Positions 19,067 to 28,491 of a stretch of 64,000 nt of DNA are shown one piece after another. Numbering within the stretch: the first letter of the stretch is position 1; every line of letters starts with the position of its first letter. This DNA comes from an uncultured candidatus Porisulfidus sp. (lineage in GTDB: Bacteria; Pseudomonadota; Gammaproteobacteria; Poriferisulfidales; Poriferisulfidaceae), in contig OZ241993.1 of assembly GCA_965204575.1 (NCBI GenBank), positions 1-64,000 on the forward strand. Direction: 5' to 3'. The notes below the pieces were generated by a model that worked only from the letters and a program-made list of their open reading frames with translations, searched no databases and had not been told where the DNA came from. Made by a program: the position numbers and the translations under genes.

Positions 19067-20239
19067 TCAAGCCTCCTGCGTTACGCGGCTGATGCGGGAT
19101 TTCTCATGGCAAACGATGTCCCAGACAAATCCCGTCAATTCCCGTGCGATCGCGACGCAAACCACTTTCTGGTTCTTGCCTTCCGCGATTAGTTTCCGAT
19201 ACCGCCCGCACAGTCGTTTTTGCGCCTTCCACGCGATGGCCTGGGCATAGGCGGAAGCGCCTTCCGCCTTGCGGTTCATGTAGGCGGTCTGGCGGGCTGG
19301 AAACCGGTAGCACCAGGCCGACTCGACCAGCACCTGCCGGGCGTGGCGGTTCCCTGCCTGCGTGACGCCGCCGGTACGGCGGTGTGCTCCGGAACTGTAG
19401 ACACAAGGCACCAGCCCCAGATAACCCATCAACTGGTTGGGAGACCCGAAGCGGCTGATGTCGCCCAGTTCGGACAGCAGCGTGACCGCGGACAACTGGT
19501 CGAACCCGCGCAACGCCATCAGGCTGTTGGCCAGCGGCGCCCAGGACCAACCCCGCAGGACCTGGCTCAGTTTTTCATCCAGGTCGATCATGCGCGAGGA
19601 CGAAAGACGCACGGCCGCAATGTACTCGTCTCGGACTTCGGCCTGATAATCATATGAAAAATCAAGGCTTTCCAGCCATTCGAGATGTTTCTGCGTCCAG
19701 CGCTTCCGGTTGGTCGGCCAATGATGCCCGTGGCGCAGCACGAAGGCATTGAGCTGCTGGCGCAACTTCTGCTGTTGCGCCTTGAAGTCGGCGCGACAGC
19801 GGCACAGGTCGCGGACCGCTTCCTGTTCCTGGTCCGGCACCCAGACCTCGACCAACTCCCCGGCGCGCAGAAGCCGTGCCAGGCGCAACGCGTCCCTGCG
19901 GTCGGTCTTGATCTTTTCATTGCGCGGCGGGGCCACGACCTGGCAGTCCATGCCCATCGCGGTCAGGCTCTGGTACAGGGTGTACCCGCAAGGCCCGGCC
20001 TCGTAGCAAAGCAGGAAGGTTTCTTTTTCCGAATACAGCCGGTCGACGAGTTTGGCGACCGCTTTTTTCGTATTCGGTATGGTGCCCCAGGACTCGGGGG
20101 CTTCCCGACCCGCGTAGGCGACGGCGACGGCGATGCTGTCCTTGTGGACATCGAGTCCGACGTAGCCTGCGTAGGGTTTGGCGTGAGCCGAGTGGTCGGA
20201 AGGAGGGGTTCCGGCGGTTTCGGGGGGCTGTTGTTCCAT
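19067..20239 (-). CDS. IS110-family (Piv/DEDD) recombinase
   Basis: YVGLDVHK, CYEAGPCG, KTDRRDA, GYLGLVP..YSSG, AIAREL; SD GGAG before ATG 20239. Confidence 0.93.
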   Translation of the reverse strand: MEQQPPETAGTPPSDHSAHAKPYAGYVGLDVHKDSIAVAVAYAGREAPESWGTIPNTKKAVAKLVDRLYSEKETFLLCYEAGPCGYTLYQSLTAMGMDCQVVAPPRNEKIKTDRRDALRLARLLRAGELVEVWVPDQEQEAVRDLCRCRADFKAQQQKLRQQLNAFVLRHGHHWPTNRKRWTQKHLEWLESLDFSYDYQAEVRDEYIAAVRLSSSRMIDLDEKLSQVLRGWSWAPLANSLMALRGFDQLSAVTLLSELGDISRFGSPNQLMGYLGLVPCVYSSGAHRRTGGVTQAGNRHARQVLVESAWCYRFPARQTAYMNRKAEGASAYAQAIAWKAQKRLCGRYRKLIAEGKNQKVVCVAIARELTGFVWDIVCHEKSRISRVTQEA

Positions 20240-20484
20240 TGTTATCTCTCCTTGAAATCGGGGTGTATGAATAAACACTGGGAGCGGGTCCGAGTGCAGT
20301 AGTCTGGGCCACGATGAGAGACAACTCTCACGAAATGTTGATGGTCGTCTTCGGTTTATGGCCAACACATGATTTAGTCCTATTTCAAAGAGGTCAGTTC
20401 AGGGGAAATCGGAAAGAGGGGCAAGAGTTGACTTCCATTCAGACTAGTCGTATAATCTAGTCTAAATTTTGAGGGGAGGCAACA

Positions 20485-20727
20485 ATGAAAACGATCGGAG
20501 CCTATGAAGCCAAGACGCATCTGCCCAGGCTGCTTGACCGTGTGGCGCACGGCGAGCATCTGACTATCACCAAACACGGCAAACCCGTTGCCCAACTGGT
20601 GCCTGTCACCACAAGGGAAGAGCGCGCACAGGAAGCGATTGACCGCATCACCGAACTTCGCCGGCACATCAAGTTGGCGCCATTGGCAGAATTGATGGCC
20701 ATGACTCACGAAGGGCACCGCTATTGA
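20485..20727 (+). CDS. Phd/YefM antitoxin
   Basis: IGAYEAKTHLPRLLDRV...ITKHGKPVAQL; palindrome AGACTAG-N9-CTAGTCT at 20441-20463. Confidence 0.9.
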   Translation: MKTIGAYEAKTHLPRLLDRVAHGEHLTITKHGKPVAQLVPVTTREERAQEAIDRITELRRHIKLAPLAELMAMTHEGHRY

Positions 20728-21137
20728 TCGTCGTAGATAACTCCGTTTTCCTCGCCTGGTGCGTGGGCGAGGAAGAGGAAAGTGGCTTGGTTGCGGCCGA
20801 GACGGTCCTGCGCGTTGCCAATGAAGGCGGCGTCGCGCCGCACATATGGTGGTATGAATTCCGCAATGCGCTTCTGATGAATGAGCGCCGTGGACGCATT
20901 TCATCCGAGCAGACGTCAAGAATCCTGGCTGCCGGCCTTGCACTGAACGTAGAGGTTGACGAAAACCACGATGAAACACAACTCCTCGATTTGGCCCGCC
21001 GGTTCGACTTGACTGTCTATGATGCCGCATACTTGGAGGTTGCCTTCCGGCGTAGCCTGCCTCTGGCGACTTTTGACCGCCGCCTGAGCAAGGCGGCAGA
21101 AGCCGTCGGGGTTGCTGCAGTCCACCACGAGGTTTAA
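20724..21137 (+). CDS. vapC: VapC PIN-domain toxin
   Basis: IVVDNSV, YEFRNAL, LTVYDAAYLE, LATFD. Confidence 0.88.
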   Translation: MIVVDNSVFLAWCVGEEEESGLVAAETVLRVANEGGVAPHIWWYEFRNALLMNERRGRISSEQTSRILAAGLALNVEVDENHDETQLLDLARRFDLTVYDAAYLEVAFRRSLPLATFDRRLSKAAEAVGVAAVHHEV

Positions 21138-21160
21138 GAGTTCCGAGAGGTGAAAAAAAG

Positions 21161-21452
21161 CCATTTCTAATCGCCACGGCTTGGGTTTCGGTTCCGCTCG
21201 GGGTCCCAGTTGGGGTGGTTGTCATGAGCCGTTGTTTTTTAGAAACGGAAAAGGCTGGGCATCGGATTTCCCGTTGATTCTCTGTAGTTGTAAAAAAACA
21301 ACATTGGGAAGATTTGACAATTCTGCAAAGGCATAGACAATTCGCACTTGAATATGGCAGTTTTGCCACATTCCCGTGGGGAATGATCACCCTGCGGAAT
21401 TAGTAATATTTTTAGGAGTCCTAAAAAATGAAAAAACCATTTCTAATCGCCA
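21161..21452 (+). other. 276-bp porin promoter/RBS/ATG module bounded by 16-bp direct repeats
   Basis: CCATTTCTAATCGCCA at 21161-21176 and 21437-21452; CT cores at 21167 and 21443. Confidence 0.7.
21314..21418 (+). promoter_or_regulatory. Porin promoter, hairpinned 5' UTR and RBS
   Basis: TTGACA 21314-9, GACAAT 21336-41 (16-bp spacer), hairpins TGGCA/TGCCA and CATTCCC/GGGAATG, AGGAG 21414-8. Confidence 0.6.
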
Positions 21453-23323
21453 TGGCTTTGATTGTAGCACCGTTCGGTGCGCAAGCAGAGACGTGGAACA
21501 TTTATGGTTGGCAGAATCATTCTTGGGAGTTTGTGGATATCGACGGCGGACGCAGCTTCGACCGGATCCAGTCCAACGCGGGCAACATCGGATTCGCGGC
21601 GAGCGTGCCCACCGGCTTCAACGACCTCTCGGTCAACGTCCAGTGCGAGCAGTTCATGTACGTGAACCACTTCGCGGGCGGCACCGGCTGGTGCAACCGC
21701 AACTCCAAGATCGGCCTGTCTCACCCGCAGATGGGTGAGCTGATGCTGGCCACCTGGCTGCTCCCTTACAACGAGGGCGTGGCGCAGTGGGTCGACCCGT
21801 TCTATGACGCTGGCGCGGACTCGCATACCAGCATCATGGGATCGGTCGGTGCCAATACCATCTTCTACAACACTGGTGACTTCGACTTCCAGGCATCCGG
21901 CTCGAGTCCGGGCTCTGCTCAGACCGAGTTCAACTACCAGGTTGGCGGCTACGACACGGGCTTCAACCGTCGTCAGGAGAACATCATCCAGTACTGGTCT
22001 CCGAACTGGAACGGCTTCGTGTTCCGCTTCGCGTGGACCGCTGGCAACCGCGATGAGACCCCTCACATGGGAGGGGAAATCGACCCGGTAATCCGTTCCT
22101 CAAGCCTGGCCTACACCAACGGCCCAGTGTGGGCGGCGGTGACCTGGCAGGACCACGAGGACTGGACCGCGGCTTCCGTCGGCCAGATGGAGACCTCGGA
22201 CGCGGAGAGCCTGCGCGTGGCCGGCCGCTACATCATGGACATGGGCGGCGGCATGAGCGTTCAGATCTCGGCGATGTGGGAGACCCTGGAGTACGAGTTC
22301 AACGGCGTGACCAACGTCGATGCGGCCATGACTGCGTTCGGCTACTCCAACTTCGGTTCCTCCTACAGCTTGCTGGATAGTGCGGGTGAAGTCATCGGCA
22401 TGACTCCGGCGGTTCCGGCGAGCGGAGGCGAGCAGGTCCCGGTTGACGACGACGACGTCAAGGCGCAGAAGACCATCGACCTGCTGAGAACGGTGTTCCC
22501 CAACTGTTGGGACGATGACAACTCTGCCGTGACTGGCGATAATGCCAATGGATGTCCTACTGGTCTCACATCTTTGCCTAACTATGTCCCACCGACCTCT
22601 GACAACCCTGCTACCGAAGCGGATGAAGGCGTAGACGCTGAAGGCAATCCGGTTGCAGGCAACGGGGGCACAAGTGTGCTCACTGAAGGTGCTACCGGCA
22701 CAGCTCTCATGGCTTCGATCACGGCGTTGAATAATGCCCGTGACACGGTTGATGATGACAACAACGATGCGACAACTGAAGACGCAGGCGTACAGCCGCC
22801 GGATCTGACTGCGGCTGTCGGTGACGGTACTGCAGGCGGTTCTCAGGATGAGAGAGACGCTCACGTCGCGTACCTGGCGCTGGTCGCTGCAGCTACAGAT
22901 GCTGCTGAGGCCAAAGCTGGGAAGACACCGGTCGTAGCGGCCAAACCCGCAGTCAGCGCAGCTGCTAACAGAGCTGCAATGACTATGGGCCAGAACGTCA
23001 AGATCGAGCGCGACGCCTGGATGGTGTCCGGCAAGATCAAGATGGGCGGTCCCATCGACTTCCGCTTCTCCTACATGGACGCGGACGACCTCGAGGTCTC
23101 CTGCGCATCCTGCTCGGGCGACTGGGACGAGACTGCGGCCGACGCCTTCAACGTGGGCATCTTCTACACCATGCCGGCCGGCACGGAACTGCGCCTGACC
23201 TACTCCGAAGTCAACAACGACGACAACGGAACCTACGGTCAGGGCATCTCCGGTACCGGACTGGGTTCGCCTGGTGTGGAGATCGAGATGTTCGCAGTCG
23301 GTATCGTGCACTGGTTCGACTAA
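21428..23323 (+). CDS. Porin copy 3, the only complete (expression-site) copy
   Basis: Full signal peptide MKKPFLIAMALIVAPFGAQA, SD, intact frame to GIVHWFD. Confidence 0.92.
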   Translation: MKKPFLIAMALIVAPFGAQAETWNIYGWQNHSWEFVDIDGGRSFDRIQSNAGNIGFAASVPTGFNDLSVNVQCEQFMYVNHFAGGTGWCNRNSKIGLSHPQMGELMLATWLLPYNEGVAQWVDPFYDAGADSHTSIMGSVGANTIFYNTGDFDFQASGSSPGSAQTEFNYQVGGYDTGFNRRQENIIQYWSPNWNGFVFRFAWTAGNRDETPHMGGEIDPVIRSSSLAYTNGPVWAAVTWQDHEDWTAASVGQMETSDAESLRVAGRYIMDMGGGMSVQISAMWETLEYEFNGVTNVDAAMTAFGYSNFGSSYSLLDSAGEVIGMTPAVPASGGEQVPVDDDDVKAQKTIDLLRTVFPNCWDDDNSAVTGDNANGCPTGLTSLPNYVPPTSDNPATEADEGVDAEGNPVAGNGGTSVLTEGATGTALMASITALNNARDTVDDDNNDATTEDAGVQPPDLTAAVGDGTAGGSQDERDAHVAYLALVAAATDAAEAKAGKTPVVAAKPAVSAAANRAAMTMGQNVKIERDAWMVSGKIKMGGPIDFRFSYMDADDLEVSCASCSGDWDETAADAFNVGIFYTMPAGTELRLTYSEVNNDDNGTYGQGISGTGLGSPGVEIEMFAVGIVHWFD

Positions 23324-23331
23324 GACAGTCT

Positions 23332-23472
23332 AGCCAAGGCACACCTTGCAAAGCAGGCGCCCTCCGGGGCGCCTGTTTTTTTGCAGATGAAGCAGTCATC
23401 CAACTGGCGAGGAGGAGGCTGACAGACAGTGTATGATGCCCGGTATCATTGAGAAAATGTTATGGATCGCCG
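23332..23472 (+). repeat. 141-bp direct repeat of 40025-40165 (terminator, promoter and first 11 nt of the AAA gene)
   Basis: One mismatch; ends ATGGATCGCCG. Confidence 0.85.
23354..23382 (+). terminator. Porin intrinsic terminator
   Basis: CAGGCGCCC-TCCG-GGGCGCCTG-T7. Confidence 0.85.
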
Positions 23473-24284
23473 AGTGGTTACTTCTCCGATTCCGGTGGTA
23501 CCAGCGAATCAAGCAATACCAATAATTGAAGGAGTCCTTATCGATGTCAAACCAAAACTGAATTTCCCGTTTCTGTGAGTGTGAATAAAAGAAGAGCCGT
23601 CGTACAATAATCCCCAGAAAATCTCTGGAAAGATTCTGGTCCGTCAAACTCACCGACAAGCGGTTTTTTTAGTACCCCCATGAAAGAAGACCAGCACATC
23701 GAATGGAAGGCATCCTGGCGTGATGAATACCTGAAATGGTTGTGCGGTTTTGCCAATGCACAGGGCGGCGTGCTGGAAGTTGGCCGCAATGATAAGGGAA
23801 AGGTGGTGGGCCTTGAAGATGCCACTCGGCTGATGGAGGAATTGCCGAACAGGTTGCGCGATCTGCTTGGGATCGTAGCGGACATTGATCTCCAGAAGGA
23901 GAGCGGAAAACCGTATTTACGGATTTCTATTGCACCGTATCCGATACCGATCAGTTACAAGGGCGAATATCACTATCGCAGTGGCAGCACCAAGCAGGTT
24001 CTCAAGGGTGTAGCCCTGAGCCGCTTCCTCCTGAACAAGATGGGCAAATGCTGGGATTCGGTGCCAGTGCCGAACGCCGGTTTTGATGATTTGGACACCA
24101 AAGCTCTGGACAATTTCCGTAGGCGAGCGATACGCGCCAAGCGTTTGGAAATGGTATGAAAGCCGCCTGGCCTTGGCGACCGGATTACTGGGAGAGGGTG
24201 AATCCTCCAGTGAGTCCGGACGGCATCTAGGGTGCCAAAGGTGGACAATAGGCGACTTCAACGAGCCAGACTGGAGGATTCGAG

Positions 24285-25313
24285 ATGGAGTATAGCAATA
24301 AACCGGTGGTCGGCGTGGATACCGCGAAGCACGTGTTCCAACTGCACTGGGTGGAGGCCGGCGGCGAACTGGTCGATCTGAAGCTGTCGCGGCAGAAGTT
24401 CGTCGAGCACTTTGCCAACCGGGCGCCCTGCCGGATCGGGTTGGAAGCCTGCGGCGGTTCGCAGGAGTGGGCGCGCCGGTTCCGGCAGATGGGACACGAG
24501 GTGACCGTGTTGCCGGCGCAGTCGGTGCGGGCGTTCGTCACCGGCAACAAGAGCGACGTGCAGGATGCGCGGGCGATCTGGACGGCGGTGCAGCATCCGC
24601 GGTCGAAGTCGGTGGCGATCAAGGACGAGGAGCAGCAGATGATTCTGGGGCTGCACCGCCTGCGGCAGCAGCAGGTGAAGTTCCGCACGGCGACGATCAA
24701 TAGCCTGCGCGGCCTGCTGGGCGAATACGGGGAGGTGATGCCGCAAGGACGGGCCGGGCTGAGCCGGGAGATCGAAGGCGTGCTGGACCGGCTGGCTGGG
24801 CGAGTCCCGGAGATGGGTCGGGAAGAGTTATCCGCGCAGTGGCGTCGCGTCCACGAGCACGACGAGGCGATTGCGCGGGTCGAGCGGAAGCTGGAGGCAT
24901 GGTGCACAAGCCATGAGGCTTGCCGGCGACTGCGGGAGGTGCCGGGCATCGGCCTGCTGACCGCGACCGCCCTGGTCGCCGCCGCGGGAGACGCGCGGGC
25001 GTTCCGCAACGCTCGGGAGTTCGCGGCCTGGCTGGGGCTGGTGCCGCGCCACAGCGGCACTGGCGGGAAGACCCGCATTCTCGGCATCAGCAAGCGGGGC
25101 GACCGCTACCTGCGCACGCTGCTGATCCATGGCGCCCGGTCACTGCTGGCCAACGGCCGGGAGCTGCCCGAGTGGGTCGAGAAGATCAAGCGGAACAAGC
25201 CGTTCAACGTCGCCGCGGTGGCAGTCGCCAACCGGCAGGCGAGAATCGCCTGGGCCTTGCTGGCCCATGGCCGCAAGTACCAGAAAGATTACGTCTGTCC
25301 GCCGCGCGGCTGA
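24285..25313 (+). CDS. IS110/IS1111 transposase
   Basis: VGVDTAKHVFQ, LEACGG, NKSDVQDA, AAWLGLVP..SGTGGK, GDRYLR. Confidence 0.95.
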   Translation: MEYSNKPVVGVDTAKHVFQLHWVEAGGELVDLKLSRQKFVEHFANRAPCRIGLEACGGSQEWARRFRQMGHEVTVLPAQSVRAFVTGNKSDVQDARAIWTAVQHPRSKSVAIKDEEQQMILGLHRLRQQQVKFRTATINSLRGLLGEYGEVMPQGRAGLSREIEGVLDRLAGRVPEMGREELSAQWRRVHEHDEAIARVERKLEAWCTSHEACRRLREVPGIGLLTATALVAAAGDARAFRNAREFAAWLGLVPRHSGTGGKTRILGISKRGDRYLRTLLIHGARSLLANGRELPEWVEKIKRNKPFNVAAVAVANRQARIAWALLAHGRKYQKDYVCPPRG

Positions 25314-25379
25314 CGGCTCCCGACACTGACTTCACCAGAGGAGGTGGCACGAAACAGGTTGCGCAAGGCATTCCCGATT

Positions 25380-25560
25380 GTGATGGCAAGCAGGACCAGA
25401 CCTGACGACCCGTCAGCCTGGCAGTCTCTTTGAGCTACGAGCTCGTTTTGGAAATGAGGACCGGGTCGGCAGATTCCATCAGGGCCAGTGGGCGAAGCTT
25501 CGGCGGGACCCGCATCAACAGGTCGAATATAAAACTGCAATCTGGCCGCCCCCAACACGG
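25380..25560 (+). ncRNA. Putative seek/bridge RNA of the IS1111 element (limits approximate)
   Basis: CTCTT (25426-30) and TTTGGAA (25447-53) match the reconstructed target; CCAT (25476-9) and ATATAAAA (25527-34) match the circle junction. Confidence 0.6.
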
Positions 25561-26959
25561 TCTGGAGAGTAACTTGCGTTACAGGCGGCCTTCATATAAA
25601 GAGCATGCGCTTGAGGATAATGACCTCGATTTGGTGAAACAGTTGAAACTGGTCGATGACCCATACCTCAAACGTTCCGCCATCCTCCTGTTTCATCCCG
25701 AGCCTGATCGTTTCTTCACAGGTGCGAGAGTCAAGATTGGCTACTTTGAGAGCGAGGCCGAAGTGCTTTATCACGACGAAGTGGATGGCGATTTGCTCTC
25801 CCAGGTCCGCAGGACAATGGATTTGTTGCTGACCAAATACCTGAAAGCGGTGATCAGTTACGAGGGCATCCAGCGTATTGAAACCTACCCGGTACCTGAT
25901 GATGCATTACGGGAAGCCGTGCTGAATGCTGTCATCCACCGAAATTACGGAGTGCCAGCACCGATTCAGATCCGAGTCTACGCTGATCGGTTGTGGATAT
26001 GGAATCCAGGTGAGTTGCCCGCAGATTGGTCTTTGGAGACTCTGCTTAGCCCGCATTCTTCGCAACCTTTCAATCCAGATATTGCCAGCGTTTTTTTCTG
26101 GGCAGGTGAGATCGAGTCTTGGGGACGCGGGATTCAGCGTATTTTCGATGCCTGTCGACAGGAAAGGATGCCGGATCCACACCTGGAGGTGGCTCCGGGA
26201 GGATTGTGGGTCAAGTTTCAATTTTCGAACACTTACCTTCGCGCCCTTCACCTTATCCCGAAAGAAACCACACAAGAAGATGCACAAAAAACGGTGCAGG
26301 AAAATATCCTTGCCCAATTACGCAAAAACCCAGGAATAGCCCAAAAGGTGTTGGCAGACCACCTCGGGATCTCCTATGGAAGCGTCAGGTATCATATTGG
26401 AAAACTTAAAGAATATGGACACATTCGTCGTGTCGGTTCAGAAAGGAAAGGTCTCTGGGAAGTCGTTGATGGAAAATCGGAAGGAGGGCTTAAAAAACAG
26501 GCAGAAAACAGGCAGAAAGAAATTCTTTCCTTGCTATGCAGGAACCCGGAAATGACTCAAAAAGCGTTGGCAGAGCATGTTGGGATCACCTATGGAAGCG
26601 CTAGGTATCATATTGAAAAACTTAAAGAATACGGATACATTCGTCGTGTGGGCTCAGAGAGGAAAGGTCTCTGGGAAGTCGTTGATGATAAATCGGAAGG
26701 AGGGCTTAAAAAACAGGCAGAAAACAGGCAGAAAAAATCCGCCCAAGAAAACAACCCAGAAACAACCCAGAGGGAATTCTGCCGCATGAAACCTAAGCAT
26801 CATCCCGGAAACCTGTAGCAGGAACTCAGGACATTACTGTCCACCACTCAAGATATAATGTGTTCGGTTCCGCGAGGCCCGTGTACGGGAGCCAATTGAA
26901 AGTAGGCAGCCCACCTGCTTGACGGTTTTTCCCGCGATTGAGCAACGGAGATCACCCAA

Positions 26960-27937
26960 ATGAAACACCACTTCAAACCACTCACCCTTCATGTTTTCCT
27001 GGCCATGGCGCTCGTTGCGTGTGGCGGCGGTGGCGGCGGTGGCGGCGTGACGGCTTCCCCGGTTCCGGACGACCTGTCCGACATCGCCTGGGCCATTGAT
27101 GCGGCGGCAGCGCGCCAAGCGGTGGCAGGCAGCCAGGCATTGACGATCACACTCGCCCAAGCCGCTGAACAGATCACAGCGATCGAGAACAATCTGGACG
27201 CCACAAGTGTCGGCGACGTATTGGTCTATCGGGGAACAGGGAACCCGGTTCGTATTCCTGGCACATGTTCGGGATTAAGTTGCACGTTCACTCTTGGTGA
27301 AACCAGTTCGACGGTTAACTTTGGCGTGCCTGCGTCGGAAACGGGAACCAGTGAAAGCCAATTGATTATGGCTCACAACGGGGTGTCCCTGGGACAAACT
27401 CGCCATAGGGATGGAAAGGGCACGGCAAATCAAGTTGAATTTCTCGTATATGGCGGCTGGCTCACGCATAGCGCCTTCGAAATCGGGGTGATTGCGTCTC
27501 CAAGCATCGCAAGATCACAAGTTTCGGCAGCCCTGACTCTAAGTTATGGAGACGGCGTCGAAACGAATCCTTCCGAGAGCGCCGGCATGACCGCCACCTG
27601 GACAGGCGTGATGGCCGGCATGGACGTGAGCGCGGCCAATCGGGAAAACTTCATTCATGGCGAAGCGACGGCAACGGTCGATTTCGTCAACTCCGACATG
27701 GACCTGGCTTTCTCGAACCTGGTAGACCTGAATGACGCGAACCGCAACAGCGACCTGAACGATATGGACTGGACCTGGGAGAATCTGAGTCTGGCCAATG
27801 GCGCCTTCCAATCCGGCTCAGGCACAAACCAGGTCGAAGGCCAGTTCTACGGGTCGAACCACGAGGAAGTGGGCGGAACGTTCGAACGCAATCAGGTGCT
27901 CGGCGCATTCGGTGCCGCCCGTCAGGAGGACCAATAA
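26960..27937 (+). CDS. Surface lipoprotein with TbpB-like C-terminal beta-barrel
   Basis: Lipobox LVAC, Gly8 linker, C-terminal GQFYGSNHEEVGGTF...GAFGAAR. Confidence 0.8.
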   Translation: MKHHFKPLTLHVFLAMALVACGGGGGGGGVTASPVPDDLSDIAWAIDAAAARQAVAGSQALTITLAQAAEQITAIENNLDATSVGDVLVYRGTGNPVRIPGTCSGLSCTFTLGETSSTVNFGVPASETGTSESQLIMAHNGVSLGQTRHRDGKGTANQVEFLVYGGWLTHSAFEIGVIASPSIARSQVSAALTLSYGDGVETNPSESAGMTATWTGVMAGMDVSAANRENFIHGEATATVDFVNSDMDLAFSNLVDLNDANRNSDLNDMDWTWENLSLANGAFQSGSGTNQVEGQFYGSNHEEVGGTFERNQVLGAFGAARQEDQ

Positions 27938-28034
27938 GCCGGTTCCAAAGGATTCAAGGCTGGTAGAGACTGCCCAGAGCGAGGCTTCAGGACCGGCAGC
28001 CTCGCTTTCATGGCGGATGTTTCCTTCGCGCGCA

Positions 28035-28099
28035 GGTAGGACGCTGGAGGGTTCACCCCCTCATCCAATCATGCAGGTCGGGCAGCCTTCATACTATTT
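28035..28099 (-). mobile_element. Remnant left end of a related IS1111-type element
   Basis: Minus strand AAATAGTATGAAGGCTGCC...GGGTGAACCCTCCAG aligns with 24149-24210. Confidence 0.55.
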
Positions 28100-28152
28100 A
28101 TAATGGGGTCGTGCGGGAAGGCCTGCACCGCGAACTAGCCCCCAACGCCAGA

Positions 28153-28491
28153 ATGAAACCAGCTGCCGTCGACCAGCTTTTGCCGAAAATGGTGGAAACC
28201 ATCGTGACCGAGGTTGACCCGGAACAAGTGATCCTGTTCGGTTCGCATGCGCGAGGCGACGCTTCGGAGGATTCGGATATCGACTTGATCGTTGTGGAAA
28301 CGGAGCCGTTTGACCAGAATCGCGACCGGGGCGCCGAAGCCGTACGCCTCTGGCGGGCGCTCGCCGGATTTTCAGTCTCCAAAGACATCCTGGTCTATAG
28401 CCGCGACGAAGTGGAATACTGGCGTGATTCCTTGAACCACGTCCTCGCGCGCGCATTGAGAGAAGGCCGGGTGCTCTATGAGCGACCTTAA
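28153..28491 (+). CDS. Minimal nucleotidyltransferase (MNT antitoxin)
   Basis: VILFGSHARGDASEDSDIDL. Confidence 0.88.
   Translation: MKPAAVDQLLPKMVETIVTEVDPEQVILFGSHARGDASEDSDIDLIVVETEPFDQNRDRGAEAVRLWRALAGFSVSKDILVYSRDEVEYWRDSLNHVLARALREGRVLYERP

Larger units (their letters stand above)
18777..20381 (-). mobile_element. IS110-family element, possibly domesticated (ends approximate)
   Basis: DEDD recombinase plus 3' structured non-coding region; right end inferred at CT-GCATATG (18777) by analogy to CT-GATATG at 1336. Confidence 0.65.
24149..25598 (+). mobile_element. IS1111-group (IS110 family) element, 1450 bp
   Basis: Subterminal IRs ATGAAAGCCGCCTG (24156-69)/CAGGCGGCCTTCAT (25582-95), 7 and 3 bp from the ends; AA core; precise excision restores the host frame. 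Confidence 0.88.
23680..26818 (+). pseudogene. AlbA_2/Schlafen + HATPase_c_4 + tandem wHTH protein interrupted by an IS1111-type element
   Basis: EWK...CGFANAQGG; REAVLNAVIHRNY, WNPG, IESWGRGI; removing 24149-25598 restores the frame (RLE-EHALED). Confidence 0.85.

Noticed and set aside
21355-21368. Sigma54 promoter TGGCA...TTGC
   Set aside because: Spacing too short for -24/-12; it is a palindrome.
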